The notes under the pieces: generated by a model
Told to the model about the DNA's origin: nothing
The model's input: the letters and a program-made list of their open reading frames with translations, nothing else
Databases searched by the model: none
Shown here: in pieces, positions 17,273 through 25,827 of the stretch
How the letters are laid out: every line of letters begins with the position of its first letter
Numbering within the stretch: the first letter of the stretch is position 1
Translations under genes and position numbers: made by a program
Origin: an archaeon
Lineage (GTDB): Archaea; EX4484-52; WAPT01
NCBI GenBank assembly: GCA_029258795.1
Contig: JAPDKB010000007.1
Location: forward strand, 96,001-160,000
DNA: 64,000 nt
Direction: 5' to 3'

Positions 17273-19834
17273 TCACCCTGCCTCCACCCCAGCCTTGCTT
17301 CTTGCTGTAATCTTCCTGTCCAGCACGAGCTTGCCGTTCTCGTCAAACTTCACGCCAAAGACTCTCGAGATTCCGCCTTCCATCACCACGCCGTATATGC
17401 GAGATGCCTTTTTAACCGTTATGTCGTTGTGAGAAATAACTATGAACTGCGAACTCTTGGAATACATGTTGATCAGATCGCCGAGCTTTTCAGAATTCAC
17501 AGGATCCAAAGCTGCATCTATCTCATCCAGAGCATAGAACGGATACGGCTTGTACTGCTGCACAGCGAACAGAAAAGCTATGGCAACCATCGTTTTTTCT
17601 CCGCCGGACAAAGCGTCAATGCTCGTGATCTTCTTGTTTTTCGGCCTCACGTTTATCAGCAAACCGCTTTCTATGTCATCTTCCCTCTCAAGCTTCAGCT
17701 CCACACTTCCACCGATCAGCTCATCAAAAACCTCGTTGAACTTTTCATTCAGACCTCTCAGCGTGTCCATAAAAACGCGCTTCCTCTTCTCCTCGATCTC
17801 CTCAATCATCCCGAGTATCCTGGCTTTCTCCTCCCTCAGCTTCTTAACCTTTTCAGCAAACTCCTCATAGTCTTTTCTGAACTCCTCGTAATCCTCTATA
17901 GCTTTAAGGTTGACAGGAGAGAGAGCACGTATCCTCATCTCTATGCTCCTTATCTCAGCCTGCAACTGCTGCGGGTCCTTCTGCTCCAGCCCCTCCCTGT
18001 CCTTATACTTCTCAAATTCAATCATGATGTTCTCCAGCTCTCCCTCCAGCCTCGCCTTCCTTATCTTCAGCTGGTTAACCTCCGCTTCCAGCCGCAACCT
18101 CTGCTCCACCTTGAACCTTCTTTCTTCCTTCAGCTTGGCAAGTTTCTCCATCAACTCCTTCTTCTTCTCTTCCAGCTTTTTGACCTCCTGATTCTCCTCC
18201 TTCTCGCTCCTTCTCTTCTCCTCAAGCAGAGAACTCAAGTCCTTTATCTCCTGCTCCAGCTCCTCCATCTCCTTATCTATTTCAGCAAGCCTTCTCTCAT
18301 ACTCCTTGATCTTGGCCATTTCAACTGCCTGAAGCTTCTTCTTAGCTTCCTTTATGTGCCCGCCAATTATCGCTCCAGACGGTTCGAAAAGCTCGCCCTC
18401 AAGCGTAACAACCCTGACCCCTCTTGTCCTTCTCGCAGCTTCAATATCTTCAGCTACAAGCGTATCTCTGAACACGTACCTGAAGGCCTTCTCGTATTTC
18501 TTGTCGAATTCCACCAGATTGATTGCAAAATCCACTATACCCGGCATCTTTGCAGCTTGCTCTGCCTTGCCGGAAATCGGATGCTCTTCCAGCCTGTCAA
18601 GAGGTAAGAACCTCAACCTTCCAAGCTTTTCTCTCTTCAGATAATTTATGGCTTGAATGGCTACATCTTCGCTTTCAACAACCACATCATCGAGATGATT
18701 TCCTGCTGCAACCTCTATAGCTGTGCGGAACTTCTCGTCAACCTTCATGAGCTGTGCTATAGTGCCAATGACACCATCCATGCCAAGAGCAAGCAGCTGG
18801 CTCAATGCTCTGTTTCCGGCATCGATAGCTGAGCTTACCCTTTTGAGATGAGCAATCATCTCTTCAACATTCTTCCTCTCTCGCTTAAGTGCTTCAAGCT
18901 TCGCATGCCTCTTGTTTATCTTCATCACAAGTTCCTCTATCTCCCTCCTAAGCTCCGCATTCACACTCTTCTCTATTATCTCCTGGTTCAGCTTTTCAAT
19001 TTCCTTCTCAATCCTCTCTATCTCCTCATCACTCTCTCCTGCCTTGGAGCTTATGGCTTCAAGCTCCTTCTCCTTGACCTCAAGGTTTCTTTTCACACTC
19101 TCCAGCATGGACTCAACCGCTTTAAGGCGGGAATAAGCAAGGTTTGCCTTCAGCATGTCAAGCCTTTCCTCCAGCTTTCTGTATTCAATGGCAGCATCCC
19201 TCTCCTTCTTCAGCTTCTCCACAATCTTCGTCTTCTCTTCCAGAATTATCTCCGCTTCCGCAAGCTTTCTCTCGGCTTTTTCCAGCTCCTTCAATGCCTT
19301 CTCCTTCTTCTCGTTGTACTCCCTTATACCGGCAATGTCATCGATTATCTCCCTCCTCTCCTTCGGCCTCATCTCAAGCAATCTTGTAATATCCCCCTGC
19401 TGGATTATGTTGAATGACTCCGCATCTATACCTATGCTTCTCAGCACCTCAACCAGCTTTCTCCTTGTCACCGTCTTGCCGTTTATTTTGAAAACGGATT
19501 TCCCGCTCCTGTCAACCTTTCTGGAGATCACAAGAACATCATCCTCAACATCCTCCACAACTTTTCCGGAATTATCCAGATGAAGCTCAACAACCGCATA
19601 ATCTGCTGGCTTCCTGCCGTTACCTCCGTTGAAAATGACCTGAGCAAGCCTCTCGGCTCTTATGTTGGAAGACCTTGAACCGAGAACGAACACCAACCCA
19701 TCGATTATGTTGGACTTGCCCGAACCGTTTGGACCTATGATCGCGTTGAACTCCTTCTCCAGCGGTATCTCTACCCTGCCAGCGAAGGACTTGAAGTTCT
19801 CGAAAACTATGCGCTTTATGTGGGTGGTGCTCAT
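17273..19834 (-). CDS. smc: Chromosome segregation protein SMC (unusually short, 853 aa)
   Basis: GPNGSGKSN, IIQQG, hinge (GVIGTIAQL, GRLRFLPL, VTLEGE...GAIIGG), LSGGEK, LDEIDAALD. Confidence 0.96.
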   Translation of the reverse strand: MSTTHIKRIVFENFKSFAGRVEIPLEKEFNAIIGPNGSGKSNIIDGLVFVLGSRSSNIRAERLAQVIFNGGNGRKPADYAVVELHLDNSGKVVEDVEDDVLVISRKVDRSGKSVFKINGKTVTRRKLVEVLRSIGIDAESFNIIQQGDITRLLEMRPKERREIIDDIAGIREYNEKKEKALKELEKAERKLAEAEIILEEKTKIVEKLKKERDAAIEYRKLEERLDMLKANLAYSRLKAVESMLESVKRNLEVKEKELEAISSKAGESDEEIERIEKEIEKLNQEIIEKSVNAELRREIEELVMKINKRHAKLEALKRERKNVEEMIAHLKRVSSAIDAGNRALSQLLALGMDGVIGTIAQLMKVDEKFRTAIEVAAGNHLDDVVVESEDVAIQAINYLKREKLGRLRFLPLDRLEEHPISGKAEQAAKMPGIVDFAINLVEFDKKYEKAFRYVFRDTLVAEDIEAARRTRGVRVVTLEGELFEPSGAIIGGHIKEAKKKLQAVEMAKIKEYERRLAEIDKEMEELEQEIKDLSSLLEEKRRSEKEENQEVKKLEEKKKELMEKLAKLKEERRFKVEQRLRLEAEVNQLKIRKARLEGELENIMIEFEKYKDREGLEQKDPQQLQAEIRSIEMRIRALSPVNLKAIEDYEEFRKDYEEFAEKVKKLREEKARILGMIEEIEEKRKRVFMDTLRGLNEKFNEVFDELIGGSVELKLEREDDIESGLLINVRPKNKKITSIDALSGGEKTMVAIAFLFAVQQYKPYPFYALDEIDAALDPVNSEKLGDLINMYSKSSQFIVISHNDITVKKASRIYGVVMEGGISRVFGVKFDENGKLVLDRKITARSKAGVEAG

Positions 19835-19883
19835 ACAGTTTAATTTTGATGCAGAAGGTGTATAAATTATTTTTTGAGGAGAT

Positions 19884-20762
19884 TCACAACCTCAAATTCT
19901 CCTGATCAACCAGCCATGCTCCAAGAATTATCAGAAGCAAGCCGATAATGGGTGCCGGTATTATTGGCTCGTGGATGATGAAGTAGATGAAGATAAGCGA
20001 GACAAACGGCGTTAAAAACACAATGGATGCCGGTCTTGCCACCTCTCCCAGCTCTATGGCTTTAAACCACAAAAATGTTGCGATTCCATCGGTAAAGGCG
20101 CCTATCCACCCCACCCCAAAAAGCTCTAGCATGCTCAACTTTCTGATATGGATGAAGGGTGAGAATGTTAAAAGCGCGAGCAAGCATGCGAAAAGATAAT
20201 AGTGGAAGGTGGCGACGAGCTTGTCGTACTTGAGCTTTTTGCCGAGAGCGAAAAACAGACCTGTGGTGAAAGCAGCAAGCACAGCAATAACATCTGCAAG
20301 CGGGTTGAAGGTGAGCATACCACCATTCCCTCCCAGAATTATTACCATAGCCCCTCCAAATCCGAGTGAGACTCCCGCGAGCTTGGTTTTTGTTAGCTTT
20401 TCATTGAGGAGGAAGCTTGCAAACAAGACAAGCGCCACAGGCCACAGGTAATTCAGAATGAAAACTTCCTGCGCACTTCCAATGTCCAGCGCTGCAAAAA
20501 AGAGGAAATAGTACATATAACAGCCCAAAAATCCCATAAATGCAAAAGTACCGTAATCTTTCAGGGTGTATCCTTTCAATGCTCCCAACCCTTTGTCCAG
20601 AGCAATGGCAATTAACAGTGCAAGAACAGAAAAAGGAAAGCTATAAAACAAAAGCTCAAAGCTGTTCATGTTTTGGAGAGTGATCTTGCCCACAGCCGGC
20701 GTGGTGGCCCATAAAAACACCACTGCCAAAGCAAGCATTATTTGTAGTTTGCTGCGATGCAT
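19884..20762 (-). CDS. DMT/EamA family transporter
   Basis: About 10 TM helices in two EamA repeats; LNYLWP, FLTPFVS. Confidence 0.9.
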   Translation of the reverse strand: MHRSKLQIMLALAVVFLWATTPAVGKITLQNMNSFELLFYSFPFSVLALLIAIALDKGLGALKGYTLKDYGTFAFMGFLGCYMYYFLFFAALDIGSAQEVFILNYLWPVALVLFASFLLNEKLTKTKLAGVSLGFGGAMVIILGGNGGMLTFNPLADVIAVLAAFTTGLFFALGKKLKYDKLVATFHYYLFACLLALLTFSPFIHIRKLSMLELFGVGWIGAFTDGIATFLWFKAIELGEVARPASIVFLTPFVSLIFIYFIIHEPIIPAPIIGLLLIILGAWLVDQENLRL

Positions 20763-20834
20763 AAAGGGTTAATTACTCGCTTGAGGCATATAAATGTTCC
20801 TCAAAAAGTAAAGTAAGAAAGGGAAAATACAGAA

Positions 20835-23033
20835 TCACTCCTCCTCGATCCTCGGCATTTCCAGCTTCATTCCCTTCCTCTTCCTGATGTCCATGATGTA
20901 TTTTTCCTGCAGCTCATCGGGCACCTTCTCATAGATGATGTCAACCAGCGACTGGAATCCTCTTCCTCCAGTTGCTGACTTAAGCGCTGCTTCAAATCCG
21001 CTTATCTCCGCAACTGGCAGCTTGACCTTCAGTATTGTCATTCCGCTTTCTTCATTCATCTCCAAAATCTGTCCTCTTCTGTTCTGCACTTCCTTGATGA
21101 CATTACCTACGGTTTCTGATGGCGCGTCTATACGGAGAATCTGTTTCGGCTCGAGCAGCATCGCTCCAGCATCAAGCATCGCATTCCTTATAGCTTGCTT
21201 AACCGCTGGATAGACCTGCGCTGGACCTCTGTGGATGGAGTCCTCGTGCAGCTTGGCATCCATCAGCTTGACCTTCAGGCCAAAGCACGGCTCTCCTGCA
21301 AGAGGGCCTTCATCACATATCTGGCGGAAAGCATCTATAACAAGCTCCTTAACCTCCTCTATCTGAATTATACCTCTGGTCATGTTGAGGATGATGTTCG
21401 TGTCATATATGTCCCACACGTTCCTAGCTTCCTCCCTGTCCATGCCCAGAGCGACGAGCTTCTCCGTTATCTCCTTCACGTCCTGTCTTCTTATCTTGGC
21501 AACCTCAAGCTCCTTGCGGAACAGTGCTTCCACCACGCTCTGCTCGAGGGGCTCGACCATGATGTAGAACTTGTTGTGCTTGTTGGGCGACTTACCCTCG
21601 AATATTCTGGATTGCTTCCTTACACTCTCTCTAAAGATGACGATCGGTGGTGAAACAATGATATCTATGCCCTTATCCTTCAGGAACCTCTCCACCTTGG
21701 CTTCTATGTGCAGTTCTCCAAGTCCGGAAACAAGCGTCTCGCCAGTATCCTCTGAAATCTGTACTCTCAGTGTTGGATCCTCCCTTGCGCGCTGTCTCAA
21801 AAGCTCTATCATCTTCGGCAGATTTTTGACATCCTTGACTTCAATGGATTTGGTCACGACAGGCTCGAATATGTGCTTTATCTCTTCAAACGGCGCAACT
21901 TTCATTCCCGGATCGCACACTGTTTCTCCGGCAAAAGCATCCAGCAGACCGGTCACAGCAATTATGTTTCCTGCGGGAATTTCAGGCACAGCAAACCTTC
22001 TCGGTCCGAGGAAGAGTGCAACCTGCTGCACCCTCTCCTTCTTGTCCTGTGTTACCAGATACACCTCCTGCCCCTCTTTTATCGTACCGCTGAATATACG
22101 CATGGTTGTAACTGTGCCGGCATGAGGATCAGAAGCCACGTTCGTGACGACTCCAACAAGCGGGCCGTTGCTGTCACACTCAACCATTGATTTACCTTCA
22201 GGCGTGTCAAGGTCTCCAGTCCATATAGTCGCTATTCTGTACTTCTGAGCTTCCTTGGGGGAGGGTAAGTGTCTCACCACCATATCCAGCAATACCTGAT
22301 GCACCTTTGCTTTCTTTGCAAGCTCGTCCTCCTTTCCGGCATTCGTAAGCTCAATTATGTCCTTGAATGTTATGCCCGTCTTCTGCATGAACGGGAAGGA
22401 TATGGCCCATCTTCTGTAAGCCGAACCGAAGGCCACCTTGCCGGACTGCACGTCAACAAGCCACTTCTCCTTGTATTCATCAGGAGCGTACTTTCTTATC
22501 AGGTTGTTAACATCGTTTATGTGCTTCATCAATCTCTGCTGCATCTCTTCCGGAGAGAGCTTCAGCTCCTTGATCAAACGATCAACCTTATTGATGAAGA
22601 GCACGGGCTTGACCTTTTCCTTGAGCGCCTGCCTCAACACGGTTTCTGTTTGAGGCATCACGCCCTCAACAGCACAGACAAGAACTATAACTCCATCAAC
22701 TGCTCGCATGGCTCTTGTAACATCTCCACCAAAGTCAACGTGTCCGGGGGTATCTATCAGGTTTATCAAATATTTTTCTCCACCATACTCGTGAATCATG
22801 GAAGCGTTAGCTGAATAGATGGTTATACCTCTCTCCTGCTCCTGCTTGTCGAAGTCCATGAAAAGCTGGCTTCCCGCAAGCTCCTCAGAAAGCATGCCCG
22901 CTCCTGCAAGCAGGTGATCGGAAAGAGTGGTCTTACCGTGATCTATGTGGGCAGCGATACCTATGTTTCTTATCTTGGTTGGATCCTTCGATATCTTCTT
23001 AATTTCATTTATCATGTCCTCAACCTTACCCAT
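20835..23033 (-). CDS. fusA: Archaeal elongation factor 2
   Basis: AHIDHGKTT, RGITI, DTPGHVDF, NKVD; diphthamide loop HEDSIHRGPAQ. Confidence 0.98.
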   Translation of the reverse strand: MGKVEDMINEIKKISKDPTKIRNIGIAAHIDHGKTTLSDHLLAGAGMLSEELAGSQLFMDFDKQEQERGITIYSANASMIHEYGGEKYLINLIDTPGHVDFGGDVTRAMRAVDGVIVLVCAVEGVMPQTETVLRQALKEKVKPVLFINKVDRLIKELKLSPEEMQQRLMKHINDVNNLIRKYAPDEYKEKWLVDVQSGKVAFGSAYRRWAISFPFMQKTGITFKDIIELTNAGKEDELAKKAKVHQVLLDMVVRHLPSPKEAQKYRIATIWTGDLDTPEGKSMVECDSNGPLVGVVTNVASDPHAGTVTTMRIFSGTIKEGQEVYLVTQDKKERVQQVALFLGPRRFAVPEIPAGNIIAVTGLLDAFAGETVCDPGMKVAPFEEIKHIFEPVVTKSIEVKDVKNLPKMIELLRQRAREDPTLRVQISEDTGETLVSGLGELHIEAKVERFLKDKGIDIIVSPPIVIFRESVRKQSRIFEGKSPNKHNKFYIMVEPLEQSVVEALFRKELEVAKIRRQDVKEITEKLVALGMDREEARNVWDIYDTNIILNMTRGIIQIEEVKELVIDAFRQICDEGPLAGEPCFGLKVKLMDAKLHEDSIHRGPAQVYPAVKQAIRNAMLDAGAMLLEPKQILRIDAPSETVGNVIKEVQNRRGQILEMNEESGMTILKVKLPVAEISGFEAALKSATGGRGFQSLVDIIYEKVPDELQEKYIMDIRKRKGMKLEMPRIEEE

Positions 23034-23216
23034 AACACCTCACCACCGCTCGAAATCACTTGCAAAAGCAAAACGCGACAGAAGCGCTGAATGAGGTTTA
23101 ATAATGATTCGATAGATTTAATAAGGTTTTGGTTTTTGAAAATGCTTGGTTTTAGAATTTGAAGTTTACAGCACATATTAATTTTTGCGGTTGCCGTTAA
23201 AATCTAAGTGGTGTGG

Positions 23217-23588
23217 ATGTCTGCATCATCCCAGAAAACAAGAAGGCCCTCCCGCAAGCCAAAATGGCAGAAAGAAATAGCAAGGGAGAGAATTGAAATT
23301 CTCTTCAAGCTTGCGGATGAGGAGTTCCGCAATGGCAGAAAGGATCTTGCCAACAGGTATGTGAAGCTTGCAAGAAAAATAGCGATGAAATACAATGTGA
23401 GGATTCCACGGTATCTGAAAAGAAGGTTCTGCAAAAAGTGTCATGCTTACCTGAAGCCGGGTGTGAACGCAAGGGTGCGCGTGAGATCCAAGCAGAAGTA
23501 CGTGCTCATAACCTGCCTTGAATGCGGACATAAGATGAGATTTCCCTATGTCAGGGAGAAAAAAACAAAAAAGCGGGAAGAGGTATAA
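23217..23588 (+). CDS. rnp4: RNase P protein component Rpp21
   Basis: IARERIEIL, RYVKLARKI, FCKKC...CLECG zinc ribbon. Confidence 0.95.
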   Translation: MSASSQKTRRPSRKPKWQKEIARERIEILFKLADEEFRNGRKDLANRYVKLARKIAMKYNVRIPRYLKRRFCKKCHAYLKPGVNARVRVRSKQKYVLITCLECGHKMRFPYVREKKTKKREEV

Positions 23589-23590
23589 AC

Positions 23591-23999
23591 ATGCAGAAGT
23601 CATTTTCCAGTTTGCGAAGAAAGTACTTGAAGCTTAAGGCAAGAGCTCTTAGAGATGAGGATAGGAGGTTCAAAGAATTTGTGAAGCGGATAGTGAATAA
23701 ATATAATGGCTAAATATAATGGCAAAGTTGTTGTAATTCTCTTCGGCTCGCGGGCCAGAAAAGCTGACTACGATGTTTTCGTGGTGGTTGAAAAGATAAG
23801 GGACTACTGGAAGGAGCTCGAAAGTATGTATCATCTCAAGCCGAGATTTCTTGAGGTGGATGTTGTGCTTGCGGAAGAAAAGGATGTGATCAACTATTAT
23901 CACGATGATGTTCTCACGCGAGAAGCGCTGAAAGGCAAGTGGCTGCACGACGGTCTTAAGCTGAAGGAAAAGCTCTCCCGAGTTCTAAAAACCAGTTGA
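23591..23999 (+). pseudogene. MNT nucleotidyltransferase disrupted by a 13-bp tandem duplication
   Basis: TAAATATAATGGC twice (23698-23723) creates TAA at 23711; removing one copy fuses MQKS...NKYNG to KVVVILFGSRARKADYDV. Confidence 0.75.
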
Positions 24000-24000
24000 A

Positions 24001-24076
24001 GGGAGCGCTCATTTACCCCGGAACAGATCATCTGCAGATCAGCGCTCAGCCTCTGACGGTAAAATCATCGCGCCCC
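24001..24076 (-). ncRNA. Dual-guide C/D box sRNA, probably targeting the 23S rRNA peptidyl-transferase region
   Basis: GGGGC-GCGAUGA(C)-UUUUACCGUCAGAGG-CUGA(D')-...-AGAUGA(C')-UCUGUUCCGGGGUAA-AUGA(D)-GCGCUCCC; terminal stem; upstream GAAACGG-TTTTAAAA promoter at about 24098-24112. Confidence 0.7.
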
Positions 24077-24135
24077 AGAAAAAGTTTGTGGTGGGAATTT
24101 TAAAACCGTTTCAGTAAAAATCGAACAGCTGGGAG

Positions 24136-24933
24136 TTACAAATACTCGTGAATTAACATGGTATCTTTACCGTTTATACCTCTTCCAAACTCAACAACCC
24201 AGCCGAATCCGTTTCCGTTGCCGTTATTTCTTTTGAGCGCACTTCCGTTTTGCATCACGCGTGAATAGTTGCCCTGCAACAGCTTTTTGGTGTGGTAATG
24301 TCCGAAATCGACAAGGTTTGGTGGATCGAATCCCTTCTTTACGGCTTTGGAAATGTAATGATCCGCATACTTTGTGATGCACTCCCCGTTGTTTCCCTTC
24401 GGGTGAATCAGGTCAAGAGTATAACGATTATTGAGTTTGACCCTAACAAAACCCGCGCCCATCACCTCTATATCAGTCCTGTCGTCAAGCAATTCCCTGA
24501 AAATTTCCGCCGCACCCTTATATGATATCTTTCCATCATCTCTATCTATGAGAAAAGATGCAGCATGAATATCATGATTGCCAAGCACCACATAATATTT
24601 GTTATTTTCCACCTCCGGTAAGCTCTTTTTCAACCCTTCTATCTGCTCGTAAACTATCTTTTCACCAATATCCTTTGGAAGTTTGAGATTATAGGCGCTT
24701 TCCACCACATCCCCGACTATAAAATGCGTTCTCACACCATAGTTAATTGCATCCATGAAATACTTTTGAATTAACGGTTCATCGCAATCCGCATGCCCGC
24801 AATGGAAGTCGGAGGTTAAAGAAAAAATCGTTCGATCATTAAACTCAATCTCTTTCGGCGACTTGAGGTGGGAACGAATCATTTTCCAGTAAGCATTGAT
24901 CCATTTTATGGTGCCGTTCTTTTTGGATCCCAT
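24136..24933 (-). CDS. Calcineurin-like metallophosphoesterase
   Basis: SDFHCG, VGDVVE, LGNHD, IHP, GHYH. Confidence 0.85.
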   Translation of the reverse strand: MGSKKNGTIKWINAYWKMIRSHLKSPKEIEFNDRTIFSLTSDFHCGHADCDEPLIQKYFMDAINYGVRTHFIVGDVVESAYNLKLPKDIGEKIVYEQIEGLKKSLPEVENNKYYVVLGNHDIHAASFLIDRDDGKISYKGAAEIFRELLDDRTDIEVMGAGFVRVKLNNRYTLDLIHPKGNNGECITKYADHYISKAVKKGFDPPNLVDFGHYHTKKLLQGNYSRVMQNGSALKRNNGNGNGFGWVVEFGRGINGKDTMLIHEYL

Positions 24934-25023
24934 CCTCAATCCCTACCAACATGTCGAGATATCAATGCTTCACAATTGAGAGTTCCATTCATTAACTATT
25001 TAAATGTTTTGCACGTCTCGATT

Positions 25024-25768
25024 GGACATATCAACTTAACTCCCCCTTAGCCCACACAACCATATTATACAAGCCGACAAAACTTTCGACAAAACACTCA
25101 ACACACCCACCAACATCTCTGGCATTCCTTCTAAAACAATTATAAAACCTCCTTGTCCTATGCTTCAGAACAAAAACCATGACTCAACAAAACTTCTCTT
25201 TCCAAATCTTTCATGCTTATATCTCAATCCAAATCTCTCCAGAGCCCGTATATACCATGGAGCTTTATCCACCAAAATCAACTCCGGCTTACCAGTACAT
25301 TTGCTCAAAACTTTCTTAACAAAAACAAAAGCGTCCAGAGAGCTTCTCCCTTTGCTTACATGCAGAGCTATTACCTCCTTTCTTTCCAGATCTCTTGCAA
25401 TCCATACATAAAAGCCATCAAGTTTTGTCTCATCATTGCTATCGTTTTTCTTTTTACTGGCTTTATTTCCCTGAGAAATTCTTTCGTTTTTCTGAATAAC
25501 TTTCTCACGTTCTCATGGCTCATATCTGTTTCATCTCCTGCTTTTCTGTATGATAATCCCGAGAAATAAAGCAATACTGGCTTTATCTTGTTTTTCTTTC
25601 AGCTTTTTGTTTCTTTTAAATATCCTTGAGAACATTTCATCTATATGGGGGCTCAGCATGGTATATCACATCCTTTAATGTGTGTTTTGCAAAATCAAGA
25701 TATGCTGAGCCCCCTTATTTCGATTTTTATGCTAGAGTGGAGAAATTGGTTCTTAAGTTGACATGCTC
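25024..25768 (-). mobile_element. Decayed IS6-family insertion sequence
   Basis: Imperfect terminal IRs GGACATATCAACTTAA (25024-25039) and TTAAGTTGACATGCTC (25753-25768); about 745 bp. Confidence 0.8.
25031..25659 (-). pseudogene. IS6-family DDE transposase, several frameshifts
   Basis: Fragments FKRNK, LYFSGLSYR...SHENVR, DETKLDGFYVWIARD, LVDKAPWY, VESWF, KHRTRRFYN in different frames. Confidence 0.85.
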
Positions 25769-25827
25769 ACTCAAATTTTCTTATGCTTTTGTTTCAGATT
25801 TTACCTTTCAAATTCATATTCATAGAA

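Noticed and set aside
17429-19583. Long plus-strand ORFs (392, 189, 142 aa) opposite smc, and similar shadow ORFs opposite fusA, infB, rgy and valS
   Set aside because: Leu/Ser/Phe-rich mirror translations of E/K-rich genes, with no motifs or start signals.
2487-19834. SMC + ScpA + ScpB as a Wadjet/Mks anti-plasmid system
   Set aside because: No JetD/MksG toprim nuclease; the subunits carry canonical Smc-ScpAB motifs and hinge.
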